Shown one piece after another: positions 41,017 through 52,669 of a stretch of DNA of 64,000 bases. The first letter of the stretch is position 1. Each line of letters begins with the position of its first letter. Made by a program: the position numbers and the translations under genes. This stretch comes from Eledone cirrhosa (taxonomy: Eukaryota), in NCBI GenBank assembly GCA_964016885.1, contig OZ024740.1, forward strand, positions 129,580,001 through 129,644,000. The letters run 5' to 3'. The notes under the pieces are model-generated. The model did not search any database and had not been told where the DNA came from. It saw only the letters and a program-made list of their open reading frames with translations.

Positions 41017-44000
41017 TTACAGACACATACTCAGAGAAGGCCCATTCATTCGGGCCATACTTGCTTCTCTCACCCATCTTTCAACAAAATGCTGGGAAGA
41101 GAGCACTTCCCTCTCTACCCTGATTTTCCTTTTCAAATGAAATTTGAAAAAGTTAATCAGGGCATCACCGAAGAGGTAAGTGCTCGTCTTCAGCCCTTTC
41201 AAACGTGTCCACCATACTATCTCTTTCGCCATGGCCACCAGACAGATACAAACTGCCTGCCCTTCCCGGCTAAAGGAAGGGGGCGGGGCAATCCTCACGA
41301 TGGACTCAGCTGATAGCTGGATCCGTCCTACACGTGACAGCAGGTGTTCGACATAAACCCACAAGTCAGCAATGCTCGGAAACTGGACGAGTGCGTGCAG
41401 GACGGTTTCGTTGCCCTGCGCGCATCTCGGACATACCCGGCTGACGGCACCTCCATGACTGTAGAGTTTATCCCGAACTGGCAAAGCTCCTCGGTAGCAC
41501 TGCCAGGCCATGGATTTCTGGAAGTTGTCCATAGGCCCCGGCCCGAAAGTCCTTCCAAAGAGATTGGCTAGTTGATTTTCGTCGACGCCTAGAGTTTCTC
41601 CAAGTACGTCGTCGCTCTTCCCCTCCACTAATCCCCTATAGAACGCCAAGGTGGAGTTTCCACCGATCACATTGCCCGATCGGTCGAGGGCTGTGAGCGC
41701 CTGAAGACATTCCAGTCTCCAAGCGCTCCCTCTCGGTCTTCGCTTGACCCAGGACTGCAGCTCCGTCAAGGAGACGAGCTGGGGAAAAACGTGTCTAGCA
41801 AACGGCGACCACACCTGATCACCGTCGAGGAAGAGGTGGATATGTCGTAGCCTGAGCGTGTGTCTGCGCATCATCAGCCACGGCATGCCCAGCCCTCCAC
41901 GTAGCGGGAGTTGACAGCAGATGGACCGCCTGGCCATCGGAGCGCGTCCCTTCCACAAGAAGCGAAAGAGCAAACGCTCCAGCGCAGTCAGGCGGGGTTT
42001 AGGACAAGGTACGACGGTCAGGCGGTAGTATATGACGGACGCTATGTACGCGTTAGCCACCTCCGCTAGACCATTCAGGGATAGCTTTCTCTCGGCCAAT
42101 TTCTGGGTGAGAGAAGCCACCCTGCTCGTCACCACGTCCCAGTTTTTGTCCATCTGGAGGTCTGGACCGAACCAGACCCCTAGCAATTTAACCGGTCCGT
42201 CCGTCCAGCGCCCGACGACGCTGTTGGACGGCATGGACCTGCCTCTCCAGGTGCCGAGCTGCAGGCCCACTGACTTTTCCTGGTTGATCATTGCTCCTGT
42301 CACCGCTTCGTATTCTCTTAGTGTAGTGCCGATCGCCTCGATGTGTTTGGCGTTCGACACCACTACGGTGACATCGTCGGCATATACTGACACGGATCTT
42401 CCGCATCCTAGTTCGCGCGGGACCCCCCTCAACGTCTCCAGTTTGTGCAGTAATGGCTCGAGAGTCAATACGTACAATAGGAACGAGAGGGGACATCCTT
42501 GGCGGACCGAGCGCATGATGTTGAACGGTTCCGAAAGGTGACCGTTCACTCTCACTACAGAGCAGATGTCGCTGTGCATGGCAGCGATCCAGCCTCTGCA
42601 GAGGGGCCCAAAGCCAGCCGCCCTCAGGACTGCCGCTAGGTAACGATGGTCGACCCTATCGAAGGCTTTCGACTGATCTAAATTGATCAAAGACCCACCC
42701 GTGCCAGGTTCCCTAGCTACCCTCTCTACGATGTATCGCATGAGGTGGAGGTTGTCGTGGATGGATCTGTCGGGAATGGCGCATGTCTGTGCCTCTCCCA
42801 CCAGACCACCAACGACAAGCGCCAACCTCTTTGCTAGCACCTTGGCCAAAATCTTGAACTCTGTGTTTAGCAGAGTTATGGGCCTAAAATTATCTATGTT
42901 ATCCCCCTTGTTCGGATACTTTCTCAGCAGCGCCACCGCTCCTCGGCTCACAGAGCTGGGAATTCTCCCGTTCTGTTGCCAGTTGCAGTAGACGTCCGCC
43001 AAGAGGCCTCCGAACAAGTTTGGCATTTGTACGTAAAGTTCATAGGGCAGACCATCCAAACCAGGCGATTTACCCCTTGTGCAACTAGTAATTGCATCCC
43101 GTACTTCAGCGGTTGTTATCGGCTTTTCGCAACACTCCGCCTCAGTGGCCGAAAGCCGCGGCAGTCCGTCGAGGTAGACACTAAAGTCCATCCCTCGATC
43201 CGGCCCGCCACTGCCCCCGAACAGTTGAGCGAAGTGTCGCTGAAAAGCTTCACACATTTGCCCGGGTTCGAGTAGCATGCGCCCGTCGTGGTCCACCAAA
43301 GACCGGATCGTGGCTTTGTTGCCACGACGCGCCTCCGCCACTCGGGCCCGTTGAACGGCTTTCGTCCCCTCGTGTCTGAGAGCACGCACCCTAGCTCTGA
43401 CAACGCAGCCTTCGTGCTTTGCATTGTAGAATTGGTCAAGGGCCAATTTCGCCGCAAGTACGTCGGTCGCGATGCCTTTGCTAAGCGCCTCATCTAATTT
43501 TCTAACTAATTCTCCCTCTGCTCTATTTTTCTCTATTGCTAAAGTCTTACTAAACCTAATGGACTCTATTCTAATTGCTCTTTTCAGAGCAAACCACCAC
43601 TTGTTGTTGACGATGGCCCCCGTCAACGCCCGCTTAACTAGTTCGCTAATACGGTCTCTGTAGGCCTTGCGCGCTGGTAAGGACGCGTTTAGCTTCCAGT
43701 AGCCGGGTCCTCGTCTATGAAGCCTATCTAAGTGAAGTACACAGATCACGAATGTGTGGTCCGTGTAGCTGACTATCTTGAATTGTGGACAGCCTATGCT
43801 AGACCTATCTATTTCTCTACAACATACTCTATCTAGATATGATCTGGATGACCCTATGCGATTTGTCCAAGTCCACATTGGTACATTCGGGAAATCCATT
43901 CGGTACCTGTCAGACAGTTCAAAACGTCTGAGCAGGTTGGTGAGACTCTTTCACCCTCCTTCCCTATCCACTAATCCCACACAATCCCAGCGTGCATCTA

Positions 44001-44436
44001 AGATCCCGTTCCAGTCGCCCACTAACACTAAAGAGCGGGACGTTCCAAGAAAGGTCTCCAGACGCCGGAAGAAATCAGGCCGCCCTGCTCCTGTCGGGGC
44101 ATAGACGGCCACTAACCTGAAAGATTGGCTGTCTCCGCTGGTCACGTCCAGCACCACCAACTTACCTTCTGGGTCCAGGAAGATGGCCCGTATGGCAAGA
44201 TCCAAACCTCTCCGAAAAAGCACAGCAACTCCTCCCCCCGATCCCGGACGGCTGGGAGATGCGTACACATCGTTGCCGCCGAAGATCGGTGCGAAAGCCT
44301 GTGCTTCGGAGATTCTGGTCTCGCTGATGGCCACTACATCTATGTTTAGTGACCTGAGGTCGTTGAGCAGGTGGCCCTGCTTCCATGACGACCCCAAGCC
44401 ACGCGCATTTATGCTGCCTATTCTGAGCGAGGTCAT
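41017..44436 (-). pseudogene. Tx1 ORF2: APE endonuclease, reverse transcriptase and knuckle, with one in-frame stop
   Basis: ORFs 43951-44436 and 41017-43899 are in the same frame, split by TGA where copy T1 reads TGC (GCKSL). Motifs SINARG, SETR, GDWN, YLDR, KAFDRVDH, QGCPLS and YADD are present. Confidence 0.93.
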
Positions 44437-44470
44437 GTTGAAAAGGAGTGGAAAAGATGGGAAAGACCAC

Positions 44471-46628
44471 TTACCTTACTTCTCGTAGGGGAAGGACGGT
44501 TTTTCCATCCTTTTCACTGCTTGTGGCCTCCTCAGGAAGGATGTCCTTATAAATCATCATGGAGAGTGCTTGTCGGAAGTCTCCGATGTCTTTGGGGAAT
44601 TTTTGTTTTAGTGTCATGTACGTTCTCTGTGTGATGCGAGTGATTTGTATGTGTGGAGGTGGCGTGAATTTTGGGGTTGTTGTGTAGTCTTTTTCTGTGA
44701 TGCTGGTGTTGTGTTGGATGTAGTGTAATAATTGCTTGTTGTTCAAATTTAATTGTTTCTACTATTGGCACAAGGCCAGAAATTACCCAGTACATTACTG
44801 GTACTTTATTTTATCGACCCCGTAAGGATGAAAGGCAAAGTTAACCTCGGCGCGATTTGAACTCAGAATGGCAAGGGCCGTAACCCTATGCGTCAAAGCA
44901 TGGCGTCCGACCCTCTACCGATACTGCCAATCCCCCGATTTAATGCTGTGTAGTGTGTATCGTTTTGGTTGTTTTGTTTTGTTTGCGTTTGTTGTGGGTT
45001 TGTTTCTGTTTCGCATTTTGGTGACTTTTGTGGTGTAGGTGATGGTGGTGATGGGGTTAATGATGGTGATGGTGTTGGTGGGATTGGTGATGCTGGTGTG
45101 GATGGTGGCATATCTGTCCTAACTTTTTTGTTTCTTAATTTATTTGTTTCCCTCTGTATTTTGTTTTTGGAGGGGGAAGGAAGAGAATTTTTTCTTTTTT
45201 GGTTTCTTTTTTTTTCCGGATATCGTTTCCCACTCCTCGTCGTCACAATCTGTCTCCAGTTGTGATAGGCAGGGGAGTAGAAAATCCTCCACAGCCGTTA
45301 GTTTTCGTTGTGGCGTGGTGGATGGTGTAGGCGCTGGTGCTAGTTCTGAAGCGTTGGGTGGTGGTGGTGTTGGTTTTGCTGGTGGTGGTGGTGGTGTTGG
45401 TTTTGCTACTGTTGCTGGGGTTGTTGCTGTTATAGTTGCTTCTGTTGTTGCTGCTACAGTTGTTGCTGCCATCTCTGCTACTGGTGGTGTTGATGGTTGT
45501 GTCACTGGGGTGGGTAGGAGAGGTGGCCTCAACCTTTTAGCATGAGGGCAGGAAGCCCTTAGGTGGGTTCCTTCACCACAAACGACACACCTAGGCCTTC
45601 TGCCCTCGACAATTACCGTGAGGTGGCTGCCGTCAGTGAGGTCTATTACCTCTGGGATCTCCTCAATGTTTTTTTGGTCCGCTTGGATCAGGAGCTCCAT
45701 CCCAGATCCGGACCAGTTTTCCTGCTTTTCTTTTGCTATTGCTATTATCTTTGTGTTAGCTTCGATGCCAGCGAGGGCGGACGCTATTAGCCAGGGAATT
45801 TCGATGGCCGGTGGAACGTGGGTCACCCTGATCTTTACGAGTCTCTGGCCACAATAGCTTGGGACGAGTGTGAAGTCTTCACTTCTTAATGGGGTCATGG
45901 AGTGTTCTCTAGCCTCCTCTGGTGTTTCAAAGAACACGTCCACGGTTCCATACTTCTGCCCACGTCTGATGTGGGTTTTTCTTGCCAACACATGTCCCAA
46001 AGATTTTTGGATTTGGGACTCGGATGTCCGTTCCACTCGGCGCGATTTGACATTTATTGTTCGATACGACACGGTGCATAGGCGCCGATGCTCCATTTTA
46101 TTAGGTGGGGGTGAGGCTGACCCTGTACCCATCTTTCTTTACCATTTGTTTGGCATTTTCTAAATCCTCCTGAGTTACTGTAAATGCTTCGAACTGTTTT
46201 GCTACTCTGGCAAAACTCAGGGTGGTTTTTTTTATGTCATTGTTGTTGTTGTTGCTATCGTTATTTTTGTTATTATTAATTCTAGTTTCAGTTGTGGTGG
46301 TGGTGACGTCAGTGAAAGCTGGTTTGGGAGAGTCCATTTTGTTTGAAAATATTTCGACATCACGAGTTGATTTATTTTTTCCTTTTGTTTCTGTTGTCGC
46401 GGTGGTGGTGGGGGTGGTGGTTGTCGCGTAGGTGGTGGCGGCTTTAACACATGCATTCATTGGTAATGGCGGGAAATGAATGTCTGCCTGAGACAAATTT
46501 AAAATATTGCTAGTGCTTAAATCGTTTGTGTTGGAAGACGTATAATCATTTACAATGGTGGTGTCGGTGTGAGGTGTTAATTTGTGAGAAAGGCTTTCAG
46601 CTGCTTGGTGCAGTGGTGAATTAGCCAT
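44471..46628 (-). pseudogene. Tx1 ORF1 (gag-like, CCHC zinc knuckle, Pro/Thr-rich), frameshifted and SINE-interrupted
   Basis: CVVCGEGTHLRASC knuckle; pieces at 46101-46628, 45140-46132, 44893-45246 and 44471-44746. Confidence 0.85.
44754..44937 (-). mobile_element. tRNA-derived SINE nested in Tx1 ORF1, 7-bp TSD
   Basis: A box TGGCAGTATCGG and B box GAGTTCAAATC; atttaat is duplicated at 44747-44753 and 44938-44944. Confidence 0.94.
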
Positions 46629-46836
46629 TTTTTTTCAAAGAAATTTGTTGATAATCATAAAAGTTTATATTTTGGGCACAAGACCCCAATCTTTTTGGGT
46701 GTCCTTTTCGGAAAACAATGTATGTGCGCTTATATATAGTTAACAATAAACATTTTTCATAAGTGGCAATTTTTAACAAACGGAAATAACAAACCTTTGC
46801 GGAGCTCACGATAATACGATTTACTACGTAGGTCGC

Positions 46837-46886
<50 letters not shown>

Positions 46887-46889
46887 TAA

Positions 46890-46920
<31 letters not shown>

Positions 46921-46928
46921 AGTAATAA
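46837..46928. repeat. (TAA)n microsatellite between the 5' ends of the Tx1 and Dong-like elements
   Basis: Direct inspection. Confidence 0.97.
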
Positions 46929-49272
46929 GGGAAGAAGACGCACGAGGTGACGGAGGTCATGAAATCGCTCCCGTAAGTTTTGAATTTTTAACATATTTAA
47001 ATCATTTGTGAAATAACAACTCTTAGTACAAATGCTACGTAAAGCACCCGGCTTGAGCCCCAAAAAATTCGGACCCAAAATATATTGTTATAAGGCTCAA
47101 ATATTCAAATATTCAACTTTGTATTGTACACTGTATATCCAAAAAAGAAAATGGCTATAAATGGAAGAAGAACCCCCCCCCCCCTCCTCTCCTCTGTCTA
47201 CACTATATAGGACAGCCAAACTCACCAACACCAGAAACTAGATACACCACCCACCCCATCATCTGTGTACACTAAACACAACAGCCAGATAACGGCATTT
47301 TCACCTTCACCACCACCGCTCACTACGGCCATCATTACCACCACTATCCCATCACCGCCGCCACCACCCCTTCACTCCTTCACTGCTGCCACCGCTACAG
47401 CACCATCACTACAGTAATACGGTCACATCGCCGCCACCACTGCCTCGGTATCGACATCACCACCACCACTGTCTCAGTATCGCTACCGCCGCCAGTCTCC
47501 CACTTCTCCCTGCTGGCTGCTACTTCCACATTATAGAATTCCTACTACTAACAAAGAGGAAGGCATCAAAATGTATAGATAGACTCAAAAGAAAAAAGAA
47601 AAAACAAACAACAAAACCAAAGCAGCACAGCAACAACAGCAAAAACGAGAAAAACTAACAGAGAAAAACAAAAACAAAAAAAGAAACCCCCAAAACGTAA
47701 AGAAAATAAGAATGAAGAGAGAAGCAGGCGGACGGACAGAGAAGAGGGGGGAAAAACTAAAACTTAAAAAACAAAAACTAAGTCAGACATTCGAACACTA
47801 CATTACGATGAAACTTATGCTTATTCATTTTTGGGGCCCTTTCTGCCTGTGTGTTTGTTTGTTTATGTGTGTTCGTATACAGCGTGGTGATAATGCCACA
47901 CAAGGGCCAAGTGGGATGGCGGATCCACAGATGGCTATGTAACCATACATTCGCCAATCCTCGATAAGAGTGTTTAAATATCGAACATAAACAGTTCGAA
48001 TAACGGTGAAATGGAGACTAGAACGTCATGTGACAGACTCTCACCCAACAGGTGCCCCCTGGCTCAGCAGCAGGAACGTGATTGTCAACCAAATACTGCT
48101 GATGTTGGAGGAAGAAGAAGAAGGAAAGGGGCCAGAACCAACTGGACGAAAGAATTGAATAGAACTGTTATGCAATGCTACCTGAAAAGTAACCCCAAGG
48201 AGAGGGGCTACAGGAGACGGATGCATAACATCTGGAACGAGATTGGTCTATTTAAATTAGATGAACAAAAATTGGCCTGGCAGGCTCGGGTAATAAGAAC
48301 TAATGGGTGGATAAGCGAGATGGAACTGGAGGAACTGAGCAGAGAGAATGGCTTGGAGATGGCGGGTGTAGTATGCCAGACAAGCGAGCCAGTGGGAAAT
48401 GAAGGTGAAGAGGTCCTGAGAACGGAGGAACCACCCGAAGCAGACAATGATCTGAATACTGAGATAAATAATACCTGGAACAGAGATACGGCCACTGAGG
48501 AGATGAATGCTGACGGGCTAGGACAAGATTCGGTTGACATCCTAAATTTAGTGGTAGATGAATTGAACAATGATAGAGGGAGACCTATGAACCTAAGATT
48601 TGTAGACAGGAAAAAGTTAAAAGAAACAACAGCTAAGGTAAACAATGTCATCCCATACCTTGAGGTGAGGAGCCTTCACCAGTGCAACAATATCCTCAAA
48701 GCAACAGCAAATATGGTGAGTATAATACTTGGTATAAAAGCGAGAGGAAACAACAGACAAGAAAGAGCAGAGCCTTGGCGGAAGAAACGACTGAGTGGTC
48801 AAATCAGGGAAATGAGAAATGACATTGGAAATATTGAGTCCCTACTGAATGGGACACTAAAAAACATAGACACTAAAAATAGACTGGAAATAAAGTACAA
48901 AACTAGGAGGAAAAAGCTAAATATTATCATAGAGGAACTGAAGCAACGCATTGTAGTAAAGAGTGCAAAAATCAGGCGATACGAGAACAGAGTCAGTCAG
49001 TATAAACAGAAGTGAAAAGGATTTGGAACTGCCATGAAGTCAAAGTGATCCCGATTGTCATAGGCGCACTGGGGACTATCTCCAAAAGTTTCCAGGGATG
49101 GTTAAAGAAAATCGGCCCCTTCACGCTTTTTGGAACGCTTCAAAAGGCATGCTTGCTTGGAACAGCAAGAACCCTCCGATACGTCCTGAATATCTGAGGC
49201 TGCAGGTAGTGGCTTGATATTCATTCCAACGGACTTTCCAGTTAACCAACATCAATGACTGAGATTCAAGGA
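46929..49272 (+). mobile_element. R4/Dong-like element, family A copy A1: long leader, N-terminus, internal deletion, 3' end
   Basis: ORF 48011-49015 jumps at 49011/49012 to the last RLE codons (VKRIWNCHEV). About 2.2 kb is missing relative to copy A2. Confidence 0.92.
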
Positions 49273-49309
49273 ATAACAACAACAATAATAATAATGATAA
49301 TAATAATAA

Positions 49310-52300
49310 GGGGACATGAAACATGTGTCAGTGAAAACGAGGTAAACTGTAACACTTCGAGTCCCAGGGTTGGGGCGGAATCACTGGCAACAGAACAAAT
49401 TAAAGAAAGGATCGAAAAAGTGGAGGGAGTGCATGCTCAGGATGAAACTCCAAATGAAAATAATGAGATCGTAAATGATAAAGAAATGAATGAGAGTGAA
49501 CTTGCCAACTTGAAGGATGAAATTATGATCGAATGGATGAAAATGAAAGAATCTGACATGGGGCAACGAGACACTCTCCCTAAGATCCAGAACTCCAAAC
49601 AGAACCAAAAGATAATACACAAGACTAACATAATTGTCAAAAACATTATCATCACAAACAAACTAAACATTACTGATTTAAATCATCTCCATTATGCATC
49701 GGCTAAAGTCACCACTCACTTATGTGGAGTGAAGATGAAAAAACAAAGGAATTCCCACAAGAAATCTACATGGCAAGAGAACATCAATCGCCAAATAAAC
49801 CTTCTCCGATCTGACATAGAAATTTTAACAAACTATAAAGTAGGTGAACATGTTAGACAAACTAAACTTAAAAAATTGAAAAAAAAGTACAGTATAAAAT
49901 CAACATGTGACATAGACATGCTGATAGAAATAATCAAGCAAAAAGTGTCGACCAAAGCTGCTCGTATAAGGCGCTTTGAAAAACGATCTAGATTCTATAA
50001 GGACAATAATATGTTTAAAAACAACCAAAGAAACTTCTACAGAAAAATTGGTAGGTCAACAATAACTGCTAAATCAATACCACCCAAGGAGGAAGTGCAA
50101 GAATTCTGGGAAAAGCTCTGGGCCGAAGAAAAAGTTCATAACATACATGCCCCATGGATAGACAAATGAAAGATACAGCTCACCTTGAGGAACAAACATG
50201 GGAGAATATAACAGTTGAACAGTTGCGCTTGGCTCTAAGAAAAACCAGCAAATGGAAATCCCCAGGAAAAGACAAAATACAAAACTTTTGGATAAATGCC
50301 TTCACAGAGTCTCATGAGCTGTTAGCCCAACTTTACAATGAAATAGTTAAGGAGCCAGAAACGATACCTTCATGGCTAGTTAACGGCATTACATTCCTGC
50401 TTCCGAAGAATGATGAGACAAACAATCCCAAAAATTACAGACCTATAACTTGCTTGACCACAATGTATAACATTTTAACATCAGTCCTAACTGAATACAC
50501 ATATGACTACCTGATAACAAATGACCTATTTCCCATTGAGCAGAAAGGGTGTAAACGAGGCTCATATGGCTGTATGGATCAGCTTCTGGTTAACAAAATG
50601 ATACTGGGAGATTGTCATAATAGACACAAAAAACTATCGATTGCTTGGATAGATTATAAAAAAGCATTTGATAGTTTGCCACACAGTTGTATTGAAAAAT
50701 GTTTAGAGATTTTCAAAGTATCCCCCGTTGTCAGAAGGTTTTTGTCATTCAGTATGAAGACATGGAAAACGACACTCCTTTTGAATAGTGAAACAAAATC
50801 ACTGGAAGCTGGAGAAGTTAATATTAATTGTGGAATTTTTCAGGGTGACTCTTTACCACCGCTTTTATTCTGCATCGCACTTATACCATTAAGTAAAATG
50901 CTCAATAAAACAAAACATGGATATAAAGTCTATGACAAAACCATTAATCACCTGTTCTACATGGATGACCTGAAACTATTTGCAAAAAATGATGAACAAT
51001 TGCAAGGGCTATTATCCACTGTGAATCAGTTCAGTGATGACATTAAAACGGAGTTTGGACTAGATAAATGCGCCAAAGCAACGTTCACCAGAGGAAAGCT
51101 GCTGAAGAGTTCAGACATTAATCTTGATCGGGGGAACGTGATAAGAGAACTTGATCAAGAAAAAACTTACAAATATCTAGGTGTTTGCGAAGGAGACAGA
51201 ATCAAGCACTCGACAATGAGGGAAAGGATAAGGAAGGAGTGTTACCGCAGAGTAAGAGCAATCTTAAGAACGGAATTGAATGCAAGGAATAGGATCGATG
51301 CCATAAACACGCTTGCCATACCAGTAGTAACCTACAGTTATAATGTCATCAACTGGTCAAGCACAGAGGTCCGTAGGCTCGATACAAAAATTCGAAAATT
51401 CTTAACCATGCACAGAATGCATCACCCTAAAGCAGATATAGATAGAATATATCTCCCTAGGAAAGAAGGAGGACGTGGGTTAATCCAGTTAGACATTGCG
51501 TTGAAAACTGCAACAATTGGATTATATACATATCTAAGGGAATCACATGATTGGATGATCAATCTCGTTTTGAAACAAGAAAGCATCAAAAGATCATATT
51601 CCATTACAAAAGATGCACAAAGATACAGTAATGGACTACACATTTCAGAAGTCCCATTTACTGCTGAAATGGAAAACACAGAAAAAGCAAAGCAGGTAAA
51701 AGTAACTGCAAAGAAAGAACTGCTTCAGAAACTGGCTAAGAAATGGCAAGAAAAGCCTCTGTATGGAAAATACCCAGAGCGAGCTAACAATCCTGATGTT
51801 GACAAAACTTTAACCCATCAGTGGTTGGCATCCTCTGGACTGAAATCGGAGACTGAAGGACTGATTATATCCGCACAAGATCAATGTCTGCTAACAAAAA
51901 ATTACCAAGCCAACATAATAAAAAATGGGTGCAGCCCATTATGCCGTGTATGCAAAACACAACCAGAGACCATTGACCATATAATTTCAATGTGCAGTCC
52001 TATAGCTCCAACCGAATACCTAAACAGGCATGACAGAGCTGCACAATACATACATTGGATAATGTGTAAGCATTTTGACATGCCCCATCAAAAGAATTGG
52101 TGGGAGCATCAACCACCTCCCATACTTGAAAAAGATAACATCTCAATCTTGTGGAACTTTAGCATCCAAACAGACCGAAAAATAGATGCAAACAGACCTG
52201 ATATAATATTGAAAGACTTTCAAAAGAGGGTATGCCTGCTAATTGATATGTCTGTTCCAATAGACAAGAATGTATCTATAAAAACATTTGAAAAATTGAG

Positions 52301-52646
52301 CAAGTATAAGGACCTGGAGATAGAAATGGGAAAAATGTGGAAATTGAGAACTAAAACAAGAGCAGTGGTTGTAGGCGCTCTGGGAATGATACCTAAGGGG
52401 TCTAATGATTACATATCGCAAATCCCAGGAAACCCGCGTATAGGAGAAATACAAAAGATAGTACTAATGGGAACTGCCCATATACTAAGGAAGATTTTGT
52501 CAATATAAGTACATCACAAGTCTAAACACTAAAGATGCATGTGTGAATATGTATGTTCTTTCTTGAACATGGCGGACCTTGTCTCTTGAGGTCACTGGTT
52601 GTGACTTGGTGATAACTCGTATGAACATAAAGCAAGATAAATGCAA
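49310..52646 (+). mobile_element. R4/Dong-like element, family B copy B1 (5'-truncated, 4-bp frameshift near 50160)
   Basis: RT (WKSPGKD, YRPITCL, IDYKKAFD, GIFQGDSL, YMDD), CRVC..H..C knuckle, RHD and the RPDI..D..K endonuclease. (TAA)n on both sides. Confidence 0.95.
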
Positions 52647-52669
52647 CTGTAATAATAATAATAAGAAGA

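Larger units (their letters stand above)
40772..46836 (-). mobile_element. Apparently full-length Tx1/L1-clade LINE (copy T2)
   Basis: 5' UTR of about 210 nt, ORF1 with CCHC knuckle, APE-RT ORF2 and a 3' UTR with AATAAA. (TTA)n lies on both sides in element sense. Confidence 0.96.

Noticed and set aside
44754-44937. tRNA gene
   Set aside because: A and B boxes are present but there is no cloverleaf; multicopy with TSDs, so a SINE.
46101-46140. Programmed frameshift in Tx1 ORF1
   Set aside because: No canonical slippery heptamer, and the ORF has other lesions, so a mutation is more parsimonious.
47900-47965. Possible HDV-like ribozyme in the family A leader (tggcggat/attcgcca stem)
   Set aside because: A stem is conserved, but I could not build the P1/P3/P1.1 nested pseudoknot.
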